A DNA stretch of 64,000 nucleotides from an uncultured delta proteobacterium (GTDB lineage: Bacteria; Myxococcota_A; Polyangia; Fen-1088), in contig CAVYGB010000008.1 in the NCBI GenBank assembly GCA_963767925.1, forward strand, positions 320,001 through 384,000, given 5' to 3'. The translations under genes were made by a program, and so were the position numbers. The number at the start of each line of letters is the position of its first letter. Within the stretch, counting starts at the first letter, position 1. This document shows positions 1-10,009 of the stretch, piece after piece. The notes beneath the pieces are model-generated. The model was given only the letters and a program-made list of their open reading frames with translations. It was not told where the DNA came from and did no database searches.

Positions 1-1318
1 CGAGGACGGCGAACCCGCGCGTCGTCCAGAACTGGACGGCGGGGCTGAAGGCGGGCGCACCCAGGGAGGTGGGGCCGCCGTGCACGAGCACGAGCAGGGG
101 CGGTTGCTCCCCGGGCGGCGGCTGCACCGCCGGGTTCCGGGGCGGATAGAAGAAGGCGTGGGCGGTGTCCCCCGCGCTGGTGGGAAAGGCGATCGGCTCG
201 GGGAAGGAGACGTGGGCCGGATCGAGCAAGCTGGCCATCGCCGTCCGCAGCACCGTGATCCCGGCGCGGCGGTGGGTCCCCTCCCGGTCGAGCAGCGCGA
301 CGGCGGCGGGTCGATCGGCGAACCCGACCAGCAGCGCGGCCCGGCCCCGCCGGGCCACCAGGTGCCCGACAGCCGTGAGATCCGAGGCGATCGGGCGCAC
401 CTCCCCGCTCTCGAGGTCGCAGGTGTGGAGCCGGCCGCGCCCGGCTTCGATCGCCGCGAACAGCGCCGTCCGCTCGTCGAGGAAGCCCCAGGTGGAGGCG
501 CCCAGGTTCCACAGGGGCGTGCCCAGCTCGGCCGGCAGGTCGGTCACGGGGCGGGGCCCGGGGTGGCCCTCGCGCCAGAGGTTCCAGTAGCCGTTCGCCT
601 CGTACAGGAACCACAGGACGCCGTCCGCGCCGAAGGCGGGTTGCTGGGCCGAGGCCCGGGCATCGCCCGCAAGGTGCCGGGGCGGCCCGGGGCGGCCCGC
701 GCCGTCGAGGTCGGCCACCTGCAGGGAGGCGGCGTCCCAGGGCAGGTGGGGATGGTTCCAGGACAGCCAGGCCAGGCGGGCTCCGTCGGGGCTGGGGGTG
801 GGCGCGGCGTAGAAGTCCGCGCCCCGGACCAGGACCTCGACCGCGCCGCTGGCCCGATCGATGGCCAGGAGGGCGTTCTCGGGCTCATCACCGGGCCGGT
901 CGCGCTCGCCCACGGCCAGCAGGCGGGGGCGCGCCGGGTCCACGACGAGGTCGCCGAACCGCCAGTCTGCGGTCGTGAGGCGGACGGGCTGCCCGCCCGG
1001 GGGCTGGCGGTAGATCGCCTGGTCGGACAGCTCGACGAAGAAGACCTCGGGCCCCGGCGCGACGGCGTAGGCTCCGCCGCCGTATTCGTGAACCCGGCTG
1101 CGGACGTTGCCCGGCGGCGGGACGACGTCGGCGATGGTGCCGTCGGCTTGCCGGCGCACGAGGACGGTGCGGCCGCCCTCGGCCGGGCGCCCCTCCAGCC
1201 AGAACACCGAACCGTCGTCGGCGAGGGTGGGGCTGCCGAGCCGCAGGGCGGCCCGGGAGAGATCCTCCGGAGACAGGGGCGAGGGCCAGGCGCCGTGGGG
1301 GCGGGTGTCAGGTGACAT
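1..1318 (-). CDS. S9 family (prolyl oligopeptidase / acylaminoacyl) peptidase, C-terminus runs off the window
   Basis: Manual translation from ATG at 1318: MSPDTRPHGAWPSPLSPE...WLEGRPAEGGRTVLV...NVRSRVHEYGGGAY...PLLVLVHGGPT...QFWTTRGFAV. Missing from the ORF track because no stop lies in the window. Confidence 0.9.
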   Translation of the reverse strand, partial: MSPDTRPHGAWPSPLSPEDLSRAALRLGSPTLADDGSVFWLEGRPAEGGRTVLVRRQADGTIADVVPPPGNVRSRVHEYGGGAYAVAPGPEVFFVELSDQAIYRQPPGGQPVRLTTADWRFGDLVVDPARPRLLAVGERDRPGDEPENALLAIDRASGAVEVLVRGADFYAAPTPSPDGARLAWLSWNHPHLPWDAASLQVADLDGAGRPGPPRHLAGDARASAQQPAFGADGVLWFLYEANGYWNLWREGHPGPRPVTDLPAELGTPLWNLGASTWGFLDERTALFAAIEAGRGRLHTCDLESGEVRPIASDLTAVGHLVARRGRAALLVGFADRPAAVALLDREGTHRRAGITVLRTAMASLLDPAHVSFPEPIAFPTSAGDTAHAFFYPPRNPAVQPPPGEQPPLLVLVHGGPTSLGAPAFSPAVQFWTTRGFAVL

Positions 1319-2909
1319 CGTCGGTGTGTAGCTGGGTCGGCAGGTTGACGACGAAGGTGGAGCCGGCTCCCGGCTGGCTCGTCACGGCGATGGTACCGCC
1401 GTGGGCCTCGACGAGCTGCCGGGCGATGTACAGCCCCAGCCCGAGGCCGCCGAAGTGGCGGGCCGGGACGGCGCGGGCGAAGCGATCGAAGATGCGGTCG
1501 ACCTCCTCCCGCGGCACCCCGATCCCCTCGTCGCGCACGGCGAGCAGCGCCCGGTCCTGTTCGGTGTGCAGCGACACCCGGATCGGCTTTCCCGCCCCGT
1601 ATTTGATGGCGTTGGCCAGCAGGTTGCCCGTCACCTGCTCGATGGCGAGGGGGTCCCAGGCGCCGTTGACGGCCGGGCCCGCCTCGACGGTGAGGGCGCA
1701 GCCGGCCTGCTGGGCCTGCTCGGTGAAGCGGTCGACGACCTCGTTCACCAGGGCGCGCAGGTCCAGCCGCTGGCGTTCGGGCCTGGGGCGGCCGCTGCGG
1801 AGCTGCGAGACCTCGAGCAGGCGGTTGACGAGCTGGGTGAGGCGCTCGACCTGGCGGGTGGCGCGGGAGGCGCGCTGGGCGAGCGCCTCGACGGCGCCGG
1901 GCGCGGGAGGGGCGGCGGCGGTCTGCAGCAGCCGCCGCTGCAAGGTGCCGAGCTCGAGCGCCAGGGCGGCCAGGGGCGTGCGCAGCTCGTGGCCGGCGAT
2001 CGAGAGGAACTCGTCCCGGATGGCCACCGCCTCGCCCAGGGCCCCCTGGACGCGGGTGCGCTCGGCCTCCACCGCCCCCAGCAGGAGGGCGCCACCGGAC
2101 GCGATCCCCATGAACACCTGCAGCATGAGCAGCCCCTCGTGGAGCTGGGGGCGGGCAAAGGGCCCCCAGCCGACCGCGGTGGCGGCGATGGCCGCGACCG
2201 AGACCACGAAGGTAGCCCGGACGCCGGCCCGCTGCCCCAGCCGGAAGGTGGTCCAGACCACGGCGGGGAAGATCAGGAACGGGAGCTGGAAGCTCAGCCC
2301 GTCGGCCTGTCGGCCGCCGAATACCAGGCCGATCGACAGCGCGGTGAAGGCGACCAGGAGCAGGCGCTCGGCGCGCGGCCGCCCGGGGAGCCGCCGGTCG
2401 CGGACCGGGAAGGTGATCAACAGGGGCGCCACCACGAGCGCGCCCAGGGTATCGCCGATCCACCAGGCGCGCAGCGCGGGCCACATCTGGTCGGCGGCGA
2501 CGACCGACGCCAGCCGCAGGCTCGCCACCCCGATCCCCGCGCTCAGCAGGGGGGTGGCGAGGGCGGCGGCCCCCAGGAGGGCGACGTCGCGCACCCGCCC
2601 GAGGCTGGCCTCGAATCCGAAACGGCGCAGCAGCCGGACGGCAATCGCCGCCTCGAGGGTGTTGCCCAGCCCGACCGCCAGGGCGGCGAGGGGGGGAGCC
2701 CCTACCCAGAGGTTGGCGGCCACCGCCCCCAGGAGGACACCGGGCCAGAGCGCGCTGCCGCCCAGGAGGAGCGCGGCGAGGGCCAGACCGGTGGGGGGCC
2801 AGACCGGCGCGGCGAAGCCGCTGACCGCGTCGAGGGCCAGGCCCAGGCGGGCGGCGGCCAGGTAAGCCCCTGCCAGGAGCAGGCAGCTGACCACCAGGCG
2901 CGCTCGCAC
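1308..2909 (-). CDS. MASE1-domain membrane sensor histidine kinase
   Basis: Multi-TM N-terminus with APVWPPTG and WWIGDTLG (MASE1-like), H-box AGHELRTPL, N-box NLLANAIKY, G-boxes DEGIG and GLGLGLYI. GTG start at 2909 chosen over the ORF-track start at 3134. Confidence 0.88.
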   Translation of the reverse strand: MRARLVVSCLLLAGAYLAAARLGLALDAVSGFAAPVWPPTGLALAALLLGGSALWPGVLLGAVAANLWVGAPPLAALAVGLGNTLEAAIAVRLLRRFGFEASLGRVRDVALLGAAALATPLLSAGIGVASLRLASVVAADQMWPALRAWWIGDTLGALVVAPLLITFPVRDRRLPGRPRAERLLLVAFTALSIGLVFGGRQADGLSFQLPFLIFPAVVWTTFRLGQRAGVRATFVVSVAAIAATAVGWGPFARPQLHEGLLMLQVFMGIASGGALLLGAVEAERTRVQGALGEAVAIRDEFLSIAGHELRTPLAALALELGTLQRRLLQTAAAPPAPGAVEALAQRASRATRQVERLTQLVNRLLEVSQLRSGRPRPERQRLDLRALVNEVVDRFTEQAQQAGCALTVEAGPAVNGAWDPLAIEQVTGNLLANAIKYGAGKPIRVSLHTEQDRALLAVRDEGIGVPREEVDRIFDRFARAVPARHFGGLGLGLYIARQLVEAHGGTIAVTSQPGAGSTFVVNLPTQLHTDDVT

Positions 2910-2949
2910 CGCCGCAGCATGAAGGAGCCCGCCGTGGGGCGCAAGCCGG

Positions 2950-4596
2950 TCAGGCGGGCTGCTGATCGGGGTGGGGCAGGGGCAGCTCGGCCGTGGCGAG
3001 CGGGAAACGCACCGTGAAGCTGGCGCCCCCGCCCTCGGCGTCGCGGTAGTCGACCCTCCCGCCGTGCGCCAGGGCCAGGGTGCGCACCACCGCCAGCCCG
3101 AGCCCCAGCCCGCTGATCTCGGTGCTGCGGGCATGCCGGGAGAAGGGCAGGAAGATGCGGGTGCGATCGGCCGGGGCGATGCCCGGCCCGTGGTCGCGCA
3201 CGGTGAGGAGGGCGGCGTCGGGGGAGGAGGTCACCTCGACCTCGATCCGCCGGTCCGAGCAGCCGCGCGAGTACTTCTCGGCGTTGTCGACCAGGTTGCG
3301 CACCATCTGATGGACGGCGTCCTTGTCGAACCGCACGATCGGCAGGTCACACTCGATGCGCAGCACGAGCTCGGCCCCCATGCGCTCCACGATGGGCTGC
3401 ACGAGGGTGAGGGCCTCGCGCGCGGCCTGACCGATGTCGCCCGGGTCGGTGTGGATCCGCAGCAGCTTCTGATCGACCTGGGTGTAGCTGAAGACGTTGG
3501 AGACCAGACGGGTGAGCCGCTCCGCCTCGTCGGTGATCCGGGAGGCGTATTCGGTGACCCGCTTGGGGTTGCCGAGCGACAGCGCCAGCATCTCGCCGTG
3601 CAGCCGGATCCCGGCCAGCGGCGTGCGCAGCTCGTGGGCGGCGGCGGCGGCGAAGCGCGACCGCTCCTCGGCCAGCCGCTCGGAGCGGCGGATGAGCACC
3701 ACCAGGCAGAAGCCGGCCAGCATCGCGCCCAGCACGCCGCCGAAGTAGGACTGGTGGAACTGCCGGCTGAGCAGGGCGGCGCGCTTGACCGCCCGCTCGA
3801 GGCGGGGGCCTGGCTCGACCTGGATGTGCCAGGTGGCGCCGAGGATGGGCACCCGGGCGTCGGTCTCGCCGCGCGGCTCACCGGGCAGGAGCTGGGCGGG
3901 CGAGCCCAGCTCGAACAGCCAGTGTTGCAGCCCGTTGCCGTCCACCACGAAGCCCTGCACGAAGGTCTCGCCCGCGCTGAGCACCTGGCGGACCGCCATG
4001 AGGGCCGGCTGGTTCTCCCAGGAGCCGGTCTGCCAGCGGAAGGGGGTGACCTGGGCGGTCTGGTCCGGCTCGCGCTGCAGGTCGGAGGTGCCGGCGGGCG
4101 GCAAGGTCTCGCGGGCCGGGGCCGTGCTGGAGATGGGCGGGCTGCCGATGGAGGCGGGCAGCGTGGGCGAGCGGGAGGCGGCGGCGGAGGGGTCGGAGAA
4201 GTCGATGGCCTGCACGTCGATCGACCGCTCGGGGCTGGTGATGCGGCCCAGGTTGTCGAGCAGGAAGTGCGCGGTGATGAGCTTGTGGCGCTTGCCCCAG
4301 GCCAGCGGCGACCAGTGCACCCGGGGGTCGGCGCAGGCATCGCCGCGCGAGACGAACTGGCGCCAGTAGTGGAAGTAGGGCCGGTTGCTCTCGGAGTCGA
4401 GGAGCTCTTCCAGGCGGATGGCCAGGTGGGCGGCCATCCGCTCGGCCGACGAGGAGGACTCGTGCCGGGCGACCTCGAGGAGCTGCTCGGCCTCCCGGGT
4501 GAGCTGGCGGGCGCCGAGCAGGTACCAGGCCCCGGCCGGGATGAGGACTGCCGCGGCGGTGAGGGCAAACGCCCAGCGGGTGTGGAAGCGCTTCAC
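2950..4596 (-). CDS. Sensor histidine kinase with two TM helices and a periplasmic domain
   Basis: AAHELRTPL, NLVDNAEKY, DHGPG, GLGLGL. Start overlaps the upstream regulator stop (GTGA). Confidence 0.9.
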   Translation of the reverse strand: MKRFHTRWAFALTAAAVLIPAGAWYLLGARQLTREAEQLLEVARHESSSSAERMAAHLAIRLEELLDSESNRPYFHYWRQFVSRGDACADPRVHWSPLAWGKRHKLITAHFLLDNLGRITSPERSIDVQAIDFSDPSAAASRSPTLPASIGSPPISSTAPARETLPPAGTSDLQREPDQTAQVTPFRWQTGSWENQPALMAVRQVLSAGETFVQGFVVDGNGLQHWLFELGSPAQLLPGEPRGETDARVPILGATWHIQVEPGPRLERAVKRAALLSRQFHQSYFGGVLGAMLAGFCLVVLIRRSERLAEERSRFAAAAAHELRTPLAGIRLHGEMLALSLGNPKRVTEYASRITDEAERLTRLVSNVFSYTQVDQKLLRIHTDPGDIGQAAREALTLVQPIVERMGAELVLRIECDLPIVRFDKDAVHQMVRNLVDNAEKYSRGCSDRRIEVEVTSSPDAALLTVRDHGPGIAPADRTRIFLPFSRHARSTEISGLGLGLAVVRTLALAHGGRVDYRDAEGGGASFTVRFPLATAELPLPHPDQQPA

Positions 4597-5279
4597 CGGG
4601 CCCCCCAGGCGTACCCCACGCCCTTGACCGTGCTGACGATGCGGGGCACGGACGGGTCGCGCTCGATCTTCTGGCGCAGGTTAGCGATCGTCATGTCGAC
4701 GGTGCGGGTCTGCAGGTTCGAGGAGGCGCCCCAGGCCTTCTCGAGCAGCTCGCCCCGGGTCATGGCCCGTACCCGGTTCTGGAACAGGAGGCGCAGGATC
4801 CGGACCTCACGGGCGGTGAGCGGCACCGCCTGGCCCTCGCGACAGGCGGTGCAACGCCCGAGATCGAGGACGCAGCCGTCGATCTCGACCTGTTCGGGCG
4901 GAGGGGTGGGGCTGTCGCGCCGGAAGCGTCGGCCCAGGGCCTCGATGCGGGCGAGGAGCTCGCGGGCGGCGAAGGGTTTGGTGACGTAGTCGTCGGCGCC
5001 GGTGCTCAGCCCCGCGACCTTGTCGTCCTCCAGCGCCCGGGCGGTGAGCATGAGGATGAGCAGCTCGGGGCGGGCCATGCGCAACCGGCGGCAGACCTCC
5101 AGCCCGTCGAGCCCGGGGAGGGCCAGATCGAGCAGCACGAGATCGATCTCCGGCGACACGCCGCGAGCGACGGCTTCCAGGCCATTTTCTACCGGCTCGA
5201 CCAGGTGCCCGGCCCCTTCGAGAAGGTCGCCTAGCCCGTGCCGAAGCGTCGGCTCGTCTTCCACAAGAAGGACTCGCAC
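4593..5279 (-). CDS. OmpR/PhoB-family response regulator
   Basis: VLLVEDE, LLDLALPGLDG, GADDYVTKPF, winged helix RTVDMTIANLRQKIE...TVKGVGY. GTG start at 5279. Confidence 0.93.
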   Translation of the reverse strand: MRVLLVEDEPTLRHGLGDLLEGAGHLVEPVENGLEAVARGVSPEIDLVLLDLALPGLDGLEVCRRLRMARPELLILMLTARALEDDKVAGLSTGADDYVTKPFAARELLARIEALGRRFRRDSPTPPPEQVEIDGCVLDLGRCTACREGQAVPLTAREVRILRLLFQNRVRAMTRGELLEKAWGASSNLQTRTVDMTIANLRQKIERDPSVPRIVSTVKGVGYAWGAR

Positions 5280-5478
5280 GGCGTTTCCGTTGCTGGGGAA
5301 GGCTATCAGCTTCCACGCGTCGGCGACATGTCGGGCCGCGGTAAAAGGTGGGTAAAACACCCGATCTCGCCGTTCATGGCACGGCGCGGGCGTTCCGACC
5401 TTCGGGTTAATGTGCCGCCGGCCCGAGGGGGGAGGTCGGGGTCTCGGAAGGCGACGGGCTACAGACCAGGAGGTCGAC

Positions 5479-6660
5479 ATGACCATGAGGCATCTCAAGT
5501 GGGCGGCATTCGCGGCGGTAACGCTGGTGGCCGTTCCCTCCATCGCGGCCGAGGACCTCGGGCGCTGGCGCTACTACCGGACCCTCAAGCTGGACACCAC
5601 AGCCAAGGGCGCCAACGTCAAGCGGGACGTCAAATCCTTTCCGGTCGCGGTGCTCCTCAACGCCAGCAACTTCGACTTCACCCAGGCCAAGTCGGACGGC
5701 TCGGACCTGCGCTTCAGCAAGACCAGCAAGGGCGAGCCGATCCCCCACGCCCTCGAGTACTGGGACAAGGCGGGGCAGACGGCGGCGCTGTGGGTCAAGC
5801 TCGACGTGGTCGAGGGCAACAGCCGGGCCCAGTCCTTCATCATGCACTGGGGCAACGCCGAGGCTGCCGACGCCGGGGACGCCAGGGTCGTGTTCGAGGT
5901 CAAGGAGGGCTTCGTGGGCGTCTACCACCTCAACGAGGAGGGGAACGTGGCCGAGGGCGGCTACAAGGACGCCACCGCCAACGAGGCGCATATGACCGGG
6001 ATCAACCTCAAGTCCGGCGCCCGCGTCGACGGCCGGGTGGGCAAGGGCTTGCTGCTGACCTACGGCCAGGTCCAGTGGGTCAAGCTCGACCACCCCCGCA
6101 AGAAGCGCCTCTTCGATCTGACAACGAAGGGGACGTTCTCCATCTGGGCTCGGGCCAGCAGCTACCAGAACAAGGGGAACAAGGAGATCCGGGCCCTGCC
6201 GGGCTACGAGACCATGTTCGCCAAGGGGGACAACTCCTGGCGCCTGCAGAAGTTCGGCGTCCGCGACTGGCACAAGCCGCCGAGCGATCTGATCGAGATG
6301 TGCGTCGAGCAGCCGCCCAGCGCCGACCTCTGCGTGGTGGGCAAGACCGACCTGGTCACGGGGCAGTGGTTCCAGGTTGTCGCGGTCCACGACTTCCCGA
6401 AGGCCAAGCTGTACGTCAACGGCGTGCTCGAGAAGGAGTCCACCTTCGACGTCAACTGGATCTCCGGCGACCACCCGGTGGGCATCGGCAACCAGTCGCA
6501 GTTCCCCGAGAAGGGCCGGCAGTGGGACGGGATCCTCGACGAGGCCCGGGCCCTCAACGTCGCCAAGGACGATCACTGGATCAAGCTCGACTTCGAGAGC
6601 CAGCGCGAGGGGAGCAAGCTCCTCTCGCACGGCAAGACTCTCGAGCGCACCTCTTCGTGA
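5479..6660 (+). CDS. Secreted DUF2341 plus LamG/concanavalin A-like domain protein
   Basis: AGGAGG RBS at 5468-5473 and a signal peptide. FPVAVLL..FDFTQAKSDGSDLRF..EYWD..WVK fits DUF2341. W..VVAV..KLYVNG..GIG..WDGILDEAR fits LamG. Confidence 0.8.
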   Translation: MTMRHLKWAAFAAVTLVAVPSIAAEDLGRWRYYRTLKLDTTAKGANVKRDVKSFPVAVLLNASNFDFTQAKSDGSDLRFSKTSKGEPIPHALEYWDKAGQTAALWVKLDVVEGNSRAQSFIMHWGNAEAADAGDARVVFEVKEGFVGVYHLNEEGNVAEGGYKDATANEAHMTGINLKSGARVDGRVGKGLLLTYGQVQWVKLDHPRKKRLFDLTTKGTFSIWARASSYQNKGNKEIRALPGYETMFAKGDNSWRLQKFGVRDWHKPPSDLIEMCVEQPPSADLCVVGKTDLVTGQWFQVVAVHDFPKAKLYVNGVLEKESTFDVNWISGDHPVGIGNQSQFPEKGRQWDGILDEARALNVAKDDHWIKLDFESQREGSKLLSHGKTLERTSS

Positions 6661-6753
6661 CGGCGACACCCAGGCCAACCGTCTGGTCCTGGGCGACCTA
6701 CCGGTCGCCCTTCAAACCGAGAGGGATCTGAACATTTTCAAGGGGGCTCCTCC

Positions 6754-7986
6754 GTGCGCAACCGCGTTTCGCTTTCCACCGTCCTTTCTGTCTCGCCGCT
6801 CCTGGTCCTCGCCACCCTCGCCGTCTCGCAGCCCGGGTGTGGATCCCGGGGGAAGTCGGCGGGCACCTCCGTCCAGTTCGCCAAGCGGCAGCTCTTCGTG
6901 AACCCGTACGAGAGCACGGCGGTGGCCGACCTGAACAAGGACGGGCACGTCGACATCGTCTATGGCGCGCACTGGTTCGCGGGGCCGGACTTCGTGCCCC
7001 GGGCCTTCCGCCCCAACCACGTGGCGGGCGAATACATGCGGGCCAACAGCGATCACGTCCTCGACGTCGACAAGGACGGCTGGCCCGACATCATCGCCGG
7101 CGGCTGGGGCGAAGACGGGATCTACTGGTACAAGAACCCGGGCAAGGGGCCGGAGGAGCGCAACGCCCCCTGGGAGATGCACCAGCCCTGGAAGGCGCAC
7201 CTGCTGGCCAAGACCCGGGGGAGCATGGAGATGTTCGCCCTGCACGACTTCGACGGCGACGGCGTCCCCGAGCTGTATTCCGCCTGCTACCGCAAGAAGG
7301 AGCCGCTCGAGATCTGGCGCTGGAGCAAGGCCGAAGACGGCTCGCCCGCGCTCACCCCGTTCGTGCTGGGCGCCGAGGGCGGGGGGCACGGGTTCGCCTT
7401 CGGCGACGTCAACGGCGACGGCCGCGAGGACGTGCTGACCGAGGTCGGCTGGTACGAGCGGCCGGCCGGGGACCCCTGGGCCGGCCCCTGGAAACACCAC
7501 CCGGAGACGGCGTTGCCCCACCCGAGCTGCCCCTTCGTGGTCAAGGACCTCAACGGGGACGGGCGCCTCGACATCATCTTCGGGCGTGGTCACGACGTGG
7601 GCCTCTACTGGTGGGAGCAGCAGGCCCCGTCGGCCGACGGCACAACGGTCTGGAAGAGACACGTGATCGACGAGTCCTGGTCGCAGGCCCACGCCTTGCG
7701 GCTGGCCGATCTTGACGGGGACGGCGAGCCCGAGCTGGTGGCGGGCAAGTGCATCTGGGCCCACAACGGCGGCGATCCCGGGGCCCGCGAGCCACCGGCC
7801 ATTTACTACTACAAGTGGGATCGCTCGGCGGGCACGTTCACCCGCCACACCATCGCCGCGGTGGGGGAGAACATCGCCCTCGGCCGGCAATACGACGTGG
7901 TCGACTTGAACCAGGACGGCCGCATGGACATCACGGCCCCCAGCAAGCTCGGCCTCTGGGTGCTGATCAACCAGGGCGTCAAGTAA
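6754..7986 (+). CDS. FG-GAP/VCBS repeat protein, probably exported or a lipoprotein
   Basis: Seven DxxxDGxxD-type repeats (DLNKDGHVD, DVDKDGWPD, DFDGDGVPE, DVNGDGRED, DLNGDGRLD, DLDGDGEPE, DLNQDGRMD). Hydrophobic N-terminus ending PGC. Confidence 0.85.
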   Translation: MRNRVSLSTVLSVSPLLVLATLAVSQPGCGSRGKSAGTSVQFAKRQLFVNPYESTAVADLNKDGHVDIVYGAHWFAGPDFVPRAFRPNHVAGEYMRANSDHVLDVDKDGWPDIIAGGWGEDGIYWYKNPGKGPEERNAPWEMHQPWKAHLLAKTRGSMEMFALHDFDGDGVPELYSACYRKKEPLEIWRWSKAEDGSPALTPFVLGAEGGGHGFAFGDVNGDGREDVLTEVGWYERPAGDPWAGPWKHHPETALPHPSCPFVVKDLNGDGRLDIIFGRGHDVGLYWWEQQAPSADGTTVWKRHVIDESWSQAHALRLADLDGDGEPELVAGKCIWAHNGGDPGAREPPAIYYYKWDRSAGTFTRHTIAAVGENIALGRQYDVVDLNQDGRMDITAPSKLGLWVLINQGVK

Positions 7987-8362
7987 CCCGGGCCAGGCCC
8001 AGGTAGACGTCGAGCCGGCGCACCCCCCCGCCGGCGCCGAGGATCTGGGCGCTGGTCTCGCGATCCAGCGTCAGGCCCTCCTGGCTGCGGATGGAGCCGT
8101 CGTCGAGGATGACGGTGATGAAGGGGGGACCCCCGCGGTGGGCCACCACGAGGACGTCGGCCACCGTGAAGGCCAGCGTGCCGGCCGCCAGGTCGACCTG
8201 CCGCCGTGCGCCCTGGCGGTCGACGTAGTCGAACGTGCCGGAGGGCGGGCGAATCGGTCCCGGACCGACGAACACCGGATCGAAAACGATTCGATCGTCG
8301 GTTACCAGGACCACAAGTCCGTCGACGCGCGAGATGATGCCTGTCTTCAGATGAGCGGCCAT
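7979..8362 (-). CDS. Hypothetical protein (about 127 aa)
   Basis: From ATG 8362 the sequence is protein-like and beta-rich (MAAHLKTGIISRVDGLVVLVTDD...). It fills the gap between neighbouring genes. No family recognised. Confidence 0.6.
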   Translation of the reverse strand: MAAHLKTGIISRVDGLVVLVTDDRIVFDPVFVGPGPIRPPSGTFDYVDRQGARRQVDLAAGTLAFTVADVLVVAHRGGPPFITVILDDGSIRSQEGLTLDRETSAQILGAGGGVRRLDVYLGLARVT

Positions 8363-8575
8363 GTCGAAAAGGCGTCCCCCCGGGGCCAACCTGCTGCCAG
8401 GGGGCGAACACCTCTGCTGGGGTGAGGGGACGCCTCGGCCCGAAATTGCGCTCTCCCGCAGTGCCTTTTCTTTGTTGTGGTCGTAGGTGTGCCCAGGGAA
8501 TGCCGCGATACCGATTGCAGGGGCCGGTGTTCTTGCTACGTCGTCGGCCGGCGGCAACCAACCGGAGGAACACCC

Positions 8576-9990
8576 ATGATCAAGCGGATATCGAGTGGAG
8601 CCGTCCTGGCTATGGCCATCGCCCTGACCGCCGGGGCCTGCGACCAGATGGGGCCAACCGGGCCCGAGCGAGCGAACCAGCCGCAGCCGCCCCAGCCCGC
8701 CGGGGCCCGGCCGCCCCAGCCCACCGGGGCCGGGTCGGCCCGACCGGTGATCGCCGCCGACGCGGCCGAGCTGTTCAAGGTCCCTCTGGGGGAGTCGGCC
8801 GGGCGGGGGGAGACAGCGCCAAGGTCACCCTGGTGGCTTTCAGCGAGTTCCAGTGCCCCTTCTGCGCCAGGGTGCTCCCCACCCTGGACGAGCTGGCGCG
8901 CAGCTATGGCGACGATCTGCGCATCGTTTTCAAGCACCGGCCGCTGGCCTTTCACGAGCGGGCTCTGCCGGCGGCCCTCGCCGCCGAGGCGGCCGGTGAG
9001 CAGGGCCGGTTCTGGCAAATGCACGACCGGATGTTCGCCAACCAGCAGGCGCTGGACCCGGCCTCGCTGGAGAAATACGCGACGGAGATCGGGCTCGACG
9101 TCCCGCGCTGGAAGGCCGCCCTGGAGAGCACGAAGATCCGGGCCCGGGTCGACGCCGACATCAAGCTGGCCGAGCAGCTCGCGGTCAACGGGACGCCGAG
9201 CTTCTTCCTCAACGGGCGGTTGCTGATTGGCGCCCAGCCGCTGGCCCGCTTCAAGGCGCTCGTCGACGAGGAGCTGGTCCGGGCCGACCGGAAGCTGGCC
9301 GCCGGCGTCTCCCGGGCGGCGCTCTACGCCGAGCTGACCCGGGGTGGGCTGGAGAAGCGAGAGGGTGGGGACCCGGGCCGTCGGGCCGGCGCCGGAGGGC
9401 CAAGCTGCCCCTCGGGGGCATGTCCGGGCGGGGGCCGGGCCAATCCGTCGGAGGGGGACAGCAAGATCTACAAGGTCGACCCGGGCCAGTCGCCCGGGCG
9501 GGGGCCCCGGACGGCCGCCGTCACCGTCGTGCTGTTCTCGGAGTTCCAGTGCCCGTTCTGCAAGAAGATCGCCCCCACCCTCGCGGCCCTGGAGAAGGAG
9601 CTCCCGGGCAAGGTGCGGGTGATCTGGAAGAACTTCCCCCTGGATTTCCACGAGCAGGCCCGGGGCGCCGCCCTGGCGGCGCACGCGGCGGGGCAGCAGG
9701 GCAAGTTCTGGGAGATGCACGACAAGCTGCTGGAGAACCAGACCGCCCTGCTGCCCGCCGACCTGGAGAGATACGCCGGCGAGCTGTCGCTGGATCTGCC
9801 CCGCTGGAAGGCGGCGCTGGCCAGCCCGGAGATCGCCGGGATCGTCGAGGCCGACCTGAAGCAGGGTCAGGAGCTGGGGGTCAACGGAACGCCCTGCATG
9901 TTCATCAACGGGCGCAAGGTCTCGGGGGCCCAGCCCCTCGACCAGCTCAAGCCGATCGTCGAGCAGGAGCTCGCCAGGAAGACGCGGTAG
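8576..9990 (+). CDS. DsbA-family lipoprotein with two thioredoxin domains; one frameshift at about 8805-8810
   Basis: GGAGGA RBS, lipobox-like TAGAC, two FSEFQCPFC...GTP..FING domains. One extra G in the G6 run at 8805-8810 joins the N-terminus to the domains. Confidence 0.88.
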
Positions 9991-10009
9991 CGGGGCGGGC
10001 GGGCGGGGT

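Noticed and set aside
80..1315. 411-aa plus-strand ORF, and the many similar long Arg/Pro/Gly-rich ORFs across the window
   Set aside because: Antisense or off-frame shadows of real genes, expected at this GC content. Here the real gene is the minus-strand S9 peptidase.
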